Notes: generated by a model not told the origin, from the sequence alone. Shown: positions 1 through 12,188, numbered from the stretch's first letter. The stretch is 64,000 nt of DNA from Eledone cirrhosa (GCA_964016885.1 OZ024741.1:294686001-294750000); one strand, 5' to 3'. A program made the numbers and translations.

Positions 1-82
1 TTGTACCCATGGGGGGTTGGGTCTTCTGTATTACTGCATGACGCCAGAGGTCACGGTCGTGTGTCATCGTCTTTGAGAAGTG
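1..82 (-). mobile_element. 5'-truncated fragment of the young (GAT)n-tailed RTE LINE family (runs off the window edge)
   Basis: Aligns closely with 20320-20401 (ttgtacccatgg...tttgagaggtg); junction falls in a (TA)n tract. Confidence 0.85.
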
Positions 83-127
83 ATATATATATATATACAC
101 ACACACAGACACATACATGATCTGAAT

Positions 128-985
128 TCTGGTGTATCAGTATCTTCATTAACTACTACAAGGGCAAAGAAGATGCTCTATAAAATAACAACTGTAGAGA
201 TATCAAACTGATGGGCCAGTTAAGAAAGTAGCAGAAAGTGTTATAGAACAATTGATGAGGAAAATATTTAGATTAGATGAGATGCAGTTGAATTTGTGTT
301 GGGATGGGTACCACCAATGCTAGCTTTCTTGTGAAATAACTACAAGCGAAATTCTTAGTTAGAGTAAGTAACTATAGCTGATATTTATTGATTTGGAGAA
401 GGCGTTTGTCAGGGTACTGTGAATGGTAGTTTGATGGTGTTTAAGACAACTAAATGTATATGAGAGCTGTGTGAAACAAGTACTAAGATACAATTACTAA
501 GGTGAGTGTTGACAATGAATTCAGCAAATAATTTAGTGTACTGGTAAGAGTCCAACAAAGCCCATTTCCTGTTACAGTTTTCTAAGTCCAAACTGAAACA
601 TGTAAGACCTCATGACCTAGTTTATATAGCTGAAACTGTAAAAAATTTAGAGAAGAAATTCCAAACCTTGAAGCAAAGTTTAGAGTTCTCAAATAAATCT
701 AGCAAAGACAAAAATTTTAGGAAGAAAGAAAGAAAATCTTACTCCCATCTGTGAAATGGTCATGTCAACTATGAAAAAAGGGAGAGCATAGGAATTCTAT
801 TCCGTGTACTCAGTGTAAAGTGTTTGCACAAGAAGTGTAATCTGATAACAGAAATGTATGACTATATATATATGGCAGATGCACAGCAGAATTCAAAGTA
901 AGGTCACCCATGAAATATATTCTTTCAAATGCTTGGAGGGCTAGTTAATAGTTTCTGCTCTAAGGTAACCTAATTATGAGTAGAG
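128..985 (+). mobile_element. Old, decayed RTE LINE RT fragment
   Basis: Degenerate match to WCSSIIVNCYKGKGDALDRGNYRGIKLMDQ, DEMQ, FIDLEKAF, INLAKTK, the PHD region and VDSFCYLG of the copy at 37805-38900; many stops and indels. Confidence 0.85.
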
Positions 986-1029
986 GGTATATGCTGGACC
1001 ATCACATTTTTTCTCCTCTATTTGCCTCT

Positions 1030-2446
1030 ATGGTCAAATATCTTCCTGATATCAACTCTTGTTTTTAAAGCAGAAATCTTTGCATGTTTAACCCCTGAGC
1101 AGATGGATCTACATTTACTCAGAACATAAAAAGATATCACTGAGTGCAAAGAAAAGAAACAAACAAACCTACACCTAGATACATGTGTGTGTGTGTTTAT
1201 GTGTGTGTGTGTGTGTGCTTGCACACACACACATACACACACTTTTTATATGGGTATGTGAGAAACTAAATATTTACCATAATGCAATTTCTATTTGTAG
1301 CTGTACATTTTTATTTTAAAGGAAATAAACTAATTTCATGTTTGTCTTATTCAGTCTGTGTTAATATTTGAAAATGTTGAATCATATATATACTTAAAAT
1401 ATCAAATTAATATAATTATACTATTCTCCAAAGAAATGCTTCTTTTATTTTTTGAAAATCAACTATTCTTATTTAATGGCAAATACTAATGATTTTTCTT
1501 TGTATTGCTTAAAGTACATGAATATTAAGACAAAATTAATAGAAACAAAATATACTTGTTTAGGTGTAACTTCCAACATTGTCTAGAAAATAGTTTTTAC
1601 ATAGATAATTCTTATAATTATGGTACGCATAACCATAATCACCATTCAATATTTATGATCTAAAAAATTTAAGATGTTATAGGCAATTATTATATTTAGT
1701 TTCTACGAAAGACTCAGACATATTAAAATTTCATATACAAAATAGATGATGCACATTTACTTGGAATCTGTTACAAAAATACCTCTTTCTAGAACGTATA
1801 TTGAGTTTGCAATGAAAATATAGTTTTGCCTGTAAACTTGATTTGTTTTAATGAAATATCATTCAAGATTTTTTTCGGCATTTCCAGTTCATCACCTTCA
1901 GTATTCACGCACTCATATTTTAGTCTAATTTTATCTAAAATGGATAGAATCTTAAAAAATATATTAGGAAAAAAATTATTTTATTTTTCATTTCAGCTTT
2001 ATTGATTCTTTTTTTTAATCAATAATGATACATTTTGTATAATAAATGAATTGTCTTTGTTGCGAAAAATAAATATCATTTTGGTTTTATATTTTGTGTT
2101 TTAATATATATTTTCAGTTGTAGTAAGTCAAATAAATATAATTTATAAGCTGTTTATTTGGTTTGAATTAAATAAATTCAACATAAGTTAGGTGAATACA
2201 AAATGATATTAGATGGATTGTTTTCCTTATATTAAGGTAAATATTTAGTCCTTCACATACCCATATGTATGTGTGTGTGTGTACATGTATCTGGGTGTAG
2301 GTTTGTTTGTTTCTTTTCTTTGCACTCAACATCATGAGTGGTATATTTTTATGTTCTGTGTAAATGCAGATCAATCTGCTCAGGTTAAATATGCAAAGAT
2401 ATGTACTTTAAAAACACGAGTTGATACAAGGAAAGTATTTGATCAT
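1030..2446. repeat. Long imperfect inverted repeat (arms ~1030-1283 and ~2231-2446) around an AT-rich ~950 bp core; MITE/foldback-like
   Basis: atggtcaaatatcttcctgatatcaactcttgtttttaaag...aaacaaacaaacctacacctagatacatg is the diverged reverse complement of 2282-2446; 1249-1283 matches 2231-2265. Confidence 0.8.
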
Positions 2447-2547
2447 CAAAGTAATTATATATAAATGTACACTCACACACACACTGAATGGAGGAAAGGC
2501 CTAATATAACTAAATAAGTAGTATAAAATAAATGTATATAAAATCAT

Positions 2548-2741
2548 AGAGGCACATGACCGAATGGTAAGGTTGCTGGACATAATATCATAATGTCGTG
2601 GGGTTGATTTCTGGATAGGGATGTAGGTTGTATTTTTTAGTAAAACACTTCATTTCACTTTGCTCCAGTATACTCAGCTGAATATGAGTATCAGCAAAAG
2701 CTGGGGCTTTAACCTTGCAATGGACTGGTGTCCTGTCCAGG

Positions 2742-2773
<32 letters not shown>

Positions 2774-2856
2774 TCTTGTACTTTCAGTCTCTTAATGCCA
2801 TGGAAACTGGGATAAGCACTGGCCTAATGAGCTTTCAGGCTCAAGACAGACTTTAG
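2548..2856 (+). mobile_element. tRNA-derived SINE with V-domain-like body
   Basis: tRNA-like head, then ccttgcaatggactggtgtcctgtccagg (V-SINE-like motif) and a ...ggaaactgggataagcactggcctaatgag tail; sister copies at 50623 and 63635. Confidence 0.75.
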
Positions 2857-3286
2857 ACATTTTTTTATATAAAATCCTTTTCCAATTAATTAAGAAAAAA
2901 TATTAAACTTTTAATGTATTTTGAATTGTTTAATAGTTGCTTTTCAAGGTAGCATGGATTGGATGGGTCATTGCATTCAGTAAAATTACTGGCCTCTTAT
3001 ATATATATATGTGTGTGTGTTAGTGTGTGTATATATATGTATATATAATATGTATGTGTATTCACTTACAAAAAAAAAAGAGTTAACTGAAGATTGGAAT
3101 TTTTCATGTTTCTGTATTGTCAATTTTCCATTTATTTCATTTCACTTGATTTATTACATATTCCAATGCAACACTATTCTCTCATTTCTTGAACTTTTGG
3201 TATATATGTATATAATGCTATACAGTATAAATCATTGATAAAAAAAAGAATTAATATCAGTTCGTGATTCATAGATTTTAACTTAT

Positions 3287-3491
3287 CCTTTTAACATATA
3301 AACCGGTCATATCCAGCCAAAGTTCTCTCACCTTATTCTGTTCTAACCACTTGTATCTAGCCACTCATACTGATGTTAAGGTATGGTTCTCAAAATAAAT
3401 ATCAAAATTTCATAGATTCGATATTATGTAAGATAAAACCTTTACCACAAAAATACAATAGTAAGTATAGAGTAATGTAAATGCTGAAGGG
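3287..3491 (-). mobile_element. piggyBac-type MITE (family A), diverged copy
   Basis: Reverse complement of 57703-57913; ends in gggTTAA. Confidence 0.7.
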
Positions 3492-4250
3492 TTAAAACTC
3501 TGGTGAAAGCGATTTAGAGTGGTCAGTGTAAATATTATAGGAAAACAAGTCAAGATGATTGAAATTCAGTTTGCAAGAAGGATTTACATATTTTGTGTGA
3601 TTACAAAAATTCTTCTTCTAACTAGAAAACCTGAAAGTGAAGTTAAATATTACACAACTTTAATTTTTACATTAAACTTAAATCCAACTAAGCAATTAAA
3701 TTTGCTGTCAGTATAACACTTCAATCTGAAGAACTAAAGTTAGTGATTGGTGAATTTTAGGGCAGAGGTAGGTCAAATAATGGCATTTAATGTTGAACTT
3801 TACTGGGTTAGGATGAGGTAATTTAACTTGAATGAAAAGAAGATTTTGAACGGGCTCATTTAACCACTGCCATTAATGGTGACAATTATGAAGATGATAT
3901 ATATGATAGTAATATATAACTGAATTAAATTGATCATTTAAAGAACTTAAAGAGCAATTATTGGAAATTCCATTACCATCCCAACAAGTAATTTAACTTA
4001 AATATTTACTGTTTTATTCACCTCAGAATATGCTTAGTTTCTTTGATCTATTTTTACCACTGCATGCCCTACATGTTGCATAGAAAAGTACATATAAATT
4101 CTGTGTTTAAAAAAGAAATTCATCAAATTTTCTAATTAACATCCTTTCATCTCTGCAACACTTCTAAATTTATAGAATCAGTAATCAATAAACTGTCTCA
4201 TTTCAAATTATATTTTTGGCCAGAGAGTGTTCCCATAACCATACACACAC

Positions 4251-4256
<6 letters not shown>

Positions 4257-4318
<62 letters not shown>
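4257..4318. repeat. (TA)n microsatellite
   Basis: Direct observation. Confidence 0.98.
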
Positions 4319-4320
<2 letters not shown>

Positions 4321-4470
4321 TGTTTAATATAAAAATTGCTTCGACAAGGCTAGGACTATTTCATTCAAAAGAAATTATGAGAGCCCATGTTTTGAATGAA
4401 ACAGTTCTAGTCCTGGAGAAGACATTTCTATATTAAACCTGATGTGATTACTCACAATTGAACCTGAGAC
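4318..4470. mobile_element. Short hairpin remnant, probably a Penelope-like inverted pLTR
   Basis: ~55 bp arms (atcatgtttaatataaaaattgcttc...ttcattcaaaa / ttttgaatgaaac...tatattaaacctgat); same family as 16643-16790; GAAAC-bearing hammerhead-like remnant. Confidence 0.55.
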
Positions 4471-4654
4471 TCACACATACACACACATATAAATATATAT
4501 GTATGATCCTGTAATTTCTTTTGGAGTTGTAGGGGTGCCGTAGTGACATACAGTATCACTTGGTTATTTTAACCTGGTGGCCTATTCCACTGTAAATCAG
4601 AACACAGCAGATTTCTTCCAGAGATACTGGTAGGGAAAACGAGGAAAAATCTGT

Positions 4655-4797
4655 CCCACTACAATACTAGTACTTTTTTATTGATAAAAGGATAAAGGGC
4701 AAAGTTCACCTCAGCAGGATTTGAACTCATAGCACAGAGCTGGAACAAATACTGTAATGGATTCTGTTTGATGTATTACTTCTGTCAATTCACCATC
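4655..4797 (-). mobile_element. Decayed Meta-domain tRNA SINE
   Basis: aaggataaagggcaaagttcacctcagcaggatttgaactca is the diverged reverse complement of the SINE core at 43015-43060. Confidence 0.7.
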
Positions 4798-5129
4798 TAA
4801 ATCAGTTTTACTGAAGGCTAAACTTTCACAATAATTTACTTTCATATTTTCTTTAATCATAATCAAAGATATATCCACTAAAATATGATGACTTTACTGT
4901 ACATATCTATCTATCTGTCTGTCTGTCTGACTGTCAATCTATCTATCTTTGGATTGTTATTGAGATTTGTGCTTTATCAGCGTTGCCACCATCATCATTG
5001 TAGTCCAAAGATAGGTCATCAAAAGATTGGTAAATATAGATATTTATATAACTATAAATTGATAGACAGATAAGTAGAGGAGCAGGCAGGTAGATATATA
5101 TATACTGATATGTATGTAGATAGATATAT

Positions 5130-7327
5130 TTCTTTATTAGCCGCAAGGGCGCACAAGAAAAGGGGATAATACAAAGACATGCCGGGGATTTTACATACAG
5201 TCGTGTAAAAAATATAAAATCAAACAATTACAACAATCGAAATCCCCAATAGGGGGGAGGCGCCACAAATGGATTGTTTAATACACCGTCGATAGAACAA
5301 CCCTCAACTCCAGGAGCGTGTTGTGTAAGTGCTCCTTTCTTCCTTTTGCTCTCTTCTTCAACCTACAGGCTTATAAACAGAGAAGGCCCAATCACTCGGG
5401 CCATTTTCGCTTCATTCACCCACCTTTCAGTAAATTTACTGGGGTGCAGTGCCTCTCTCTCCACCCTGATTCTCCTTCTAAAGTGATACTTAAAGAAGGG
5501 AATCAATTGTTGTCCGGAGAGAACGGCATCTGTCCTCAGTCCTCTCAACCTCGTCCACCATATAACTTCTTTCACCATAGCCACCGTACAGAGAAAACCG
5601 CCTCTCTTTCGTTTTTGAAAGAGGCTGGTGGTTTGATCCTTACTATGTACTCGGCAGTCAACTGGATTTGTCCCATACGCGACAGCAGTTGTTCTGCATA
5701 CTTCCACAGGTCGGTTACGCCTGGGCAGTGTACAATTGCATGCAGGACTGTTTCAATGTCCTGCGCACATCTTGGACACGTCCTCTTGGAAGGATCCCTG
5801 CCGGGGCGTCCGTGCCTGTAGATCTTGTCACGAACCGGTAGAGCTCCTCGGTAGCACTGCCAGGCCAGGGATCTCTGGAAGTTGTCCATAGGTCCCGGGC
5901 GGAAAGTCCTACCAAACAGACTGGTAAGCTCATCGTCTTCGACGCCCAGAGTCTCTCCGAGCACGTCGTCGCCCTTGTAACATACAATCCCTCTATAGAA
6001 TGTCGAAGTGGAGTCTCCACTAATTGCTGCACCCGCTTGCCAGAGGACTGTGAGAGCCTGAGCGCATTCAATGTGCCAGGCGCCCATCGTTTTCAGTCTT
6101 TTCTTGACCCAGGACTGCAGCTCTGTCAGCGAGATGAGCTGTGGGAAAGCCTGTCTCACAAACGGTGCCCACAGTGGTTGGGGGTCAGTGAGGAATACCT
6201 GGAGATGCCGCAGCCTCAGCGCATGTTTGCGCATCCTCAGCCACGGCATTCCCAGCCCTCCGTTGGAAGGGTGCTGACAGCAGACGGATCTCCTCACCAG
6301 CAGAGCCTGCTTCTTCCACAGAAACTGGAAGAGCATGCGTTCCATCTTGGCGAGGTGTTCATGGGGACAAGGCATGACAGTCAAGCGGTAGTAGATGACG
6401 GACGCTATGAAAGTGTTCGCCACTTCCGCTCGACCTTTCAAGGACAGTTTGCACTCTGCCCACTTCTGGGTGAGTCCAAGCACCTTGGCCGTGACCTTGT
6501 TCCAGTTTTTCTCCACCTGGAGGTCCGGACCAAACCAGACCCCGAGCAATTTCACCGGTCCGTCCGTCCAGCGTCCAACGACGCTGTCAGACATCATCGG
6601 TTTGCCTCTCCACGTACCGAGCTGCAAACCAACAGACTTGTCCGGGTTTAGTTTTGCTCCTGTCAGCGTTTCGTATTCTTTCAGTAAGTTGCCGATCACC
6701 CCGATTTCTGAGGTGCTCGACACCATTACCGTCACATCGTCAGCATAAGCCCACGCCGCTTTGCGCAGTCTCGGTTCTAGAGGGATGCCTTGCAACAGCT
6801 CCAATTTCCGGAGTAGTGGCTCTAGAGTCAATACATACAGAATGGAGGAGAGAGGGCACCCCTGTCAAATGGAATGCGTGATTGGTAGCCGTTCACCTTG
6901 ACCCTCGAGCAGATGCTGGTGTGCATCACCTCAATCCATCCTGTGAACACAGGACCGAAACTGGCTGCCTTGAGAACCGCTTCCAAGTATCGATGGTCGA
7001 CCCTATCGAATGCCTTAGACTGATCCAAGTTGATCAGAGCCCCACCGAAGCCGGGTTTACTACCCACCCTCTCTATGATGTATCGCATGAGGTGGAGGTT
7101 GTTGTGTATGGACCTGGTTGGGATTGCACACGTTTGCGCTTTCCCTACCAGGTTCTCGACGACAAGCACAAACCTCGTCGCTAGCACCTTGGCCAAAATC
7201 TTTAACTCTGTGTTGAGCAGAGTTATGGGCCTGAAGTTGTTAATTTCGTCCCCCTTGTTCTCGTCTTTCCTGATCAGCGTTACTATACCTTGCCTGCAGA
7301 ACTGGGAATTCTCCCATTCTGCTGCCA
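5130..7327 (-). mobile_element. 5'-truncated Tx1/L1-clade LINE (ORF2 RT plus C-terminal zinc knuckle), frameshifted
   Basis: Motifs NFRPITLLNTELKILAK, LDQSKAFDRVDH, YADD, LSLKGRAEV, GGLG, CPRC..ETVLHAIVHC; ORF broken near 6830-6880 and 5600; AATAAA on - strand at 5134-5139; GC-rich against background. Confidence 0.95.
5572..6831 (-). pseudogene. Tx1/L1 ORF2 fragment (RT C-terminal half, 419 aa)
   Basis: ORF track; YADD catalytic motif and CCHC-type knuckle. Confidence 0.9.
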
Positions 7328-7399
7328 ATAGATAGACAGTTAGATAGATTGACACAGCATGCCTTGGGTATTTTAAACCAGGTAAAACCCATCCTTCAC

Positions 7400-7562
7400 C
7401 AGGTTAGAACTCAGACAAATTTTCTACTTCTTTGAGAGAGAGAATTGGATTGGTTCTTTATGTATTGACCATGAAAGGATGAAAGTTGGCCTCGTTGGGA
7501 TTCAGAGTGAGCTGGAACAAATATTGAGATATTTAATCTCATGACTGCCAATTCACCACCAT
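7400..7562 (-). mobile_element. Decayed Meta-domain SINE
   Basis: ttgaccatgaaaggatgaaagttggcctcgttgggattcagag...ctgccaattcacc is a diverged reverse complement of the SINE consensus seen at 42939. Confidence 0.6.
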
Positions 7563-7904
7563 AATACTCTCTAGTATATGTTACACACCCATTTTACACT
7601 GAACATTTACAATGTAATATATATTTGATTAGCATTGCCATCAACATCAGTAATGCTGTGAACATATTGGCTTGCCTCAAAAAGTATTAGAGGGAGGTTC
7701 TGATGCCCCATTCGATGTGTGGCTGATTGATGAATTTAGAGTTCAATTGATGAATTTTTTCTCTTTGATTGTATATTATTGTGTGTTATATTTATAAGGT
7801 TCTATGAATTTAATTTTTATATATATTTTGAATTGAGGTTATGTAAATCTTGTAAAGTTGATTACTGGTTCTTCGTGTCACATTTTTGTGAGAAAAAGTA
7901 CAAT

Positions 7905-8243
7905 TTAGGGTTCCTCTGCAGGGTCATTTGAGTAACGTTACTTGATAGTGTGTAGCTCGGAGATCAGAGAGTTGCTCCAGGTACAGCCACTACTTCTTTG
8001 AATTGAGAGATCACAGTTCCGATATTATGGGCATGTGGTTAAAATGTCTCAGGAAAGGATTGCTGGACAGATTTTTACAGGCAAAACCAACCAGCAGGAG
8101 ACTAACAGCCCTGAGCTCCACTAGTCTCCTTTGAGAATCCAGCAGATCAGTTGGAAATGGTTGCTTCTGAAAGGTCCCACTGGAAGGAATGTTTGAGGAC
8201 TCTGCCTCCATGATCCTCTCAAAAATAAGTGGGCGAAGAAGAA
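7905..8243 (+). mobile_element. 3' end of an Expander/Rex3-like RTE LINE with (GAA)n tail
   Basis: Translates as ..LLL*IERSQFRYYGHVVKMSQERIAGQI..AKPTSRR..SHWKECLRTLPP; sister fragments at 25940-26300(-), 34915-35190(-), 45150-45360(+), 54770-54985(-), 61050-61260(+). Confidence 0.8.
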
Positions 8244-8429
8244 GGTACAATTTAAACATGAGCATATACAGTATATGTAAGCAATTATTCCAGCATAAAT
8301 GACAGTGATGATGTATCTTAGTCTGTTTTTTAAAGAAACATAAATGTTCTGTGTCCACAAATATATTTTATATAATTAACAAATGAATAATTAAATGGAT
8401 GTAGTTAAGTTATTTTTAAAAACACATAG

Positions 8430-9345
8430 TTGATACCAAAATGGCTCAATGTATTATATTTATGTAAAAACTTTCCATCATAACTCTATGTAAGAACTTT
8501 TAAGTTATGTCCCAAACACTGATTAAATATTGAAAAAGTTATTCATATTACTAAATCCTTCCATTTTCTTGATTATTTTCAGAATTATTTTAAAAATCAA
8601 GCAATATCTTTCATTAGAATTTTAACAAATTGTTTACAATATGAATTTTAGAAGCCAAAATGAATGTAAAAAAATGTAATGTATAATGTTTGAGTATTTA
8701 TATTTCACTAGACGTTTTATATCTCTAGAACAGATATTTCATTCATCTTTCTTCAATTGAAATAGAAAACAAGTATATCTTAGAAAATTATTTTCAGATT
8801 GGTTTTTATTCATTTAATGTTACAAATTTGTTAAGCTACCACACTGTTAAATCTTAACATTCTAAGATATTTGATGTAGGAATTAACTTCACAAATGTTT
8901 TAAGTCTGACAACTTGGCATAATGGTATATTTTAAGAGTTCTAGTTAATATTTTTACCCATTTTAAATTTTGCATTCTTAAGGATGATTCTGGGGGTTCT
9001 ATCAGATTGTTGGAGTAGGTTTTGTAATTGGCTGACATGTTTTCAATACTAACTACTGAGTAATTTATAAACGTTATTCTTTTAACACTTTTGTTGCTAC
9101 ATTTCTTATAAAAGACATTGCGTATGATTTTCAAATAACTTGGAAAATAATCAAGAATTTGGAGTGATTTAGTAATTTGACTAATGTTCTCATTATTTGG
9201 CTGGTGTTTGGAATATCACTTAACAAAATTTCTTACATAAAATTATGATGGAAGTTTTTTAGATAGGTACAAACACCTTAAAGTGAACAATTTTGTATTC
9301 TAGAACTAGGGATGGTTTCAGGTGGATTGATTTCAAAAGGATTAT
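8430..9345. mobile_element. Two inverted, diverged copies of TTAA-type MITE family B (~8430-8630 and ~9100-9345)
   Basis: ctttccatcataactctatgtaagaa versus ttcttacataaaattatgatggaag; both match the copies at 12643 and 15190-15425. Confidence 0.65.
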
Positions 9346-10109
9346 ATAGGCGAGCTGAATAATTTCTATTAGCTTGGTATGTAAGAAAATTCCTCTTGAT
9401 TAATTTTGATTTGCTGAGACTCACAGATGACAAAGGAATGTAGTGAGTGGAGAGATACTATGCTGAAAAGGATTTGTCCAACCCATGCAGGCATGGAGAA
9501 ATGGACATAAAAATGATGATGAGGAGGATTTTAATTCATGACCGACATTTAATCAGCGAGCAAATCTATCTTTACTCTGTACTATGACATCTATCTGATC
9601 TCATCTCACATCATTTCTAATAATCAAAGGCATATGAAACCTTCATAATTACTATGATAATATTTTAATCCTTTTTATGAGAGTGGTTTTGATCATCTCT
9701 AATTAGCAAGGTCTATTATACATTCCAATCTATGGGATGTATAATAGATCTATCACACTAATTAGAGTTGATGAATTAAAGATAGTGTTAAGAGTAAAAG
9801 TTCTAACTCAACCGTAGTTTCAACCCCTGCAATCCATTAATTATATGAACAAGAATTAGCAGTCTTCTATGTCACCAGCATGTTATCTAATTTCTCTTCA
9901 TGTTCAGGATTCCTTTGAAGGAAGAGTTTGTTGCTTTATTGGTTTGTTATACAGATCTTAATTTTAGATCTGTATGAATGAGAAACTCTATTGTATAGGC
10001 TACATGCTCTTTTCAAGGGCATTGAAAAGAGTTTTTACAACTAGGAATTAGAAGTGAACTGCAGAAACAGCTTATGTGGTACATATCATGAACATCATAT
10101 TCCCACAAC

Positions 10110-10268
10110 TGGTGCAGCCAGTTGTTGGGGGTGGCACTCTAGATGTACCAGTAGTGTAGCCAGTCATTGGGGTGCCACTCTAGATGTGTCAGTGGTGTAG
10201 CCAGTCGTTGGGGTGCCACTCTAGATGTGTCAGTGGTGCATGTAGTCATTGGGTGCCACTCAAGATGC
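10110..10268. repeat. 41-bp minisatellite, ~4 units
   Basis: Unit tggtgtagccagtcgttggggtgccactctagatgtgtcag; gccactc recurs at 10174 and 10215. Confidence 0.9.
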
Positions 10269-10279
10269 TCTTACACTCA

Positions 10280-10525
10280 GTCATCGCCATTAGTCTCTAT
10301 TCTCCATCATGCATAGAAGGGTCTTGGTGTTGTGACCTGTCCAGTTTTTGATGTCCAGGATTTTCTTTGTCTGCTAATTTTCACCCTCCCTCAACTGTGC
10401 CATGAAGGATGGTTTTGGACAAGGAGTGACCATATCAGGCAAGCTTCTATTTTTTCACTATCGCAAAGAGTGGTTCCTGTCAGTTAACATATTTGTTAAC
10501 TTGCTGCCCGACAAAGTTGTTTGAG
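10280..10525 (-). mobile_element. Decayed BovB-like RTE 3' end
   Basis: Minus-strand translation KLA*YGH..LSKTILHGTVEGG..RQRKSW..IKNWTG. Confidence 0.7.
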
Positions 10526-10629
10526 GAGAATATACATTTACCATAATCATTGCTGTTTTAAAAATCTATTACAGTTTATTAATACTTTCATGTTTTGTCT
10601 TTTAAACAAATATTTTACCTTCTATTCAA

Positions 10630-10990
10630 AGTCAATAGGTCATGCTGCATGCACGAATTCCCATGACTTGGTCACCAACTAATTCTATTATTCATCATAT
10701 TCAGTAGGTCAGAGGGATTGCAGTTTATGTTGTCACCAATCTATTTGATATAGGTCTTGGCTTGCTGTCCTCTGCTAGCTCTTCCTTTTGTAGGCCCCCT
10801 TAAAAGAACTTCACTAACAATTTCACCTGTAGCTCTGCAGTTATGCTCTATGGATCTAACTTTACCCCCTTTGATAATGTCTGATACTGGTCAAAGGTTG
10901 CTCATTGAGCAGCCATACAATAGAACAGTATTATTGATCAGTTGTTTGATTTGAGCTGTCAGGAGAAGTAGTGTTAATATGCAGTTTACA
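10630..10990 (-). mobile_element. Decayed RTE 3' end (another family)
   Basis: Minus-strand translation ..LLYG..PVSDIIK..EIVSEVLL..PTKGRASRGQQAKTYIK..DLLNMMNNRISW. Confidence 0.65.
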
Positions 10991-11018
10991 TAAATTTCAA
11001 AGCACAGTTTGGTTTTAA

Positions 11019-11209
11019 CTCTTTTATGACCATATGTTTATTGAAATACACTGTTTCAATTAATTAATGAAGATTTTTTAAGGATTTACTAAAATCGTAT
11101 CTTAACCCTCATCAGCCCTCATATAAAATTATGTTGGAAGATTTTACTTTAAAAAGGAGCCATTTAAAATGGGTGGTTTTGTTTCATGGTTAGGCTGGTA
11201 TCAGATGGC
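11019..11209 (+). mobile_element. piggyBac-type MITE family B
   Basis: Flanked by TTAA (11015-11018, 11210-11213); matches the other family-B copies. Confidence 0.7.
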
Positions 11210-12020
11210 TTAAATCTGATACTCCATGGTCTGGCACCTCTTATTGTCTGCTACATTCTGAATCTGCCTCCATGTGCTATTATGTTTTGTCCCCTGTGCT
11301 ATTTTAGGTTTCAGATTTTGTAAGATACAAAACAAAAACTTTTTTTAAGCATTATAACATGCATTATTTTCTGTTTTTAGCCTTGTTCCATATTTGATAA
11401 GGCATAAATAGATATAGATATAGATATATATATGGGGAAATTAGATGGCTCGGCTGTTTACAAACAGGCTCTCCTTAAGGTTCAGTTTCTGTTTTCCATC
11501 ACATTCCATGGTTGGGAAATTGCCTAGTCACACATTTGCTAATTTTAAGAAGTCCAAACTGTACAGTACAACATCAGTAAATAATGAATTTAATAAAAAT
11601 GAATACATTAATAGTAGTTATTACATTGTTTATTTCTTTTATTTTGAGTTACCTTTTAACTATGATGCCAACTAGACTTAAATTTTAAGTCTAGTTGGTG
11701 TCTAGTTAGATATTTTGTGATATTAGCTAAAAGCTTACTTGATCAGCAAAGATAAGTTAATAACAAATAATGTATTCATTTCTATATAAAGACTGCATTT
11801 ATTTTTTTTAAATAGTCACATTTATAGTTTCAGCTTGAGAGGAGCTGTCTTTAATATATATGAAGCAATCACTTCATATCTACTTTCCCCATACAAGTGT
11901 GTTGCCTTACTGTTTCTTATCAGATTTTTGAAAAATCAATGAGTACTTAGCTTTATTGACTTTAGGTGAGTATCTCTCCAACATATATCTAAGGCAAGAT
12001 TTGGAATCATTTAAACACTT

Positions 12021-12188
12021 GTCACATACAATGTCTCCATCCGTATCTGAGATATATTAGCCTAACGTTAGGTGGATTATGTCAATAAGAACTAAGTGAG
12101 TCACATACAATGTCTCCATCCATCTTTGCTTTGTGTATGAGATATATTAGCCTAAAGTTAGGTGGCTTATGTCAATAAGAGCTAAGTG
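12021..12188. repeat. Tandem duplication of ~80 bp
   Basis: gtcacatacaatgtctccatcc...gagatatattagcctaa.gttaggtgg.ttatgtcaataaga.ctaagtg occurs twice. Confidence 0.9.

Noticed and set aside
5274-7335. Several 100-200 aa plus-strand ORFs
   Set aside because: Antisense shadows of the GC-rich Tx1 ORF2 with no independent motifs.
10110-10268. Regularly spaced repeat resembling a CRISPR array
   Set aside because: Units are contiguous with no unique spacers, the context is eukaryotic, and there are no cas genes; it is a minisatellite.
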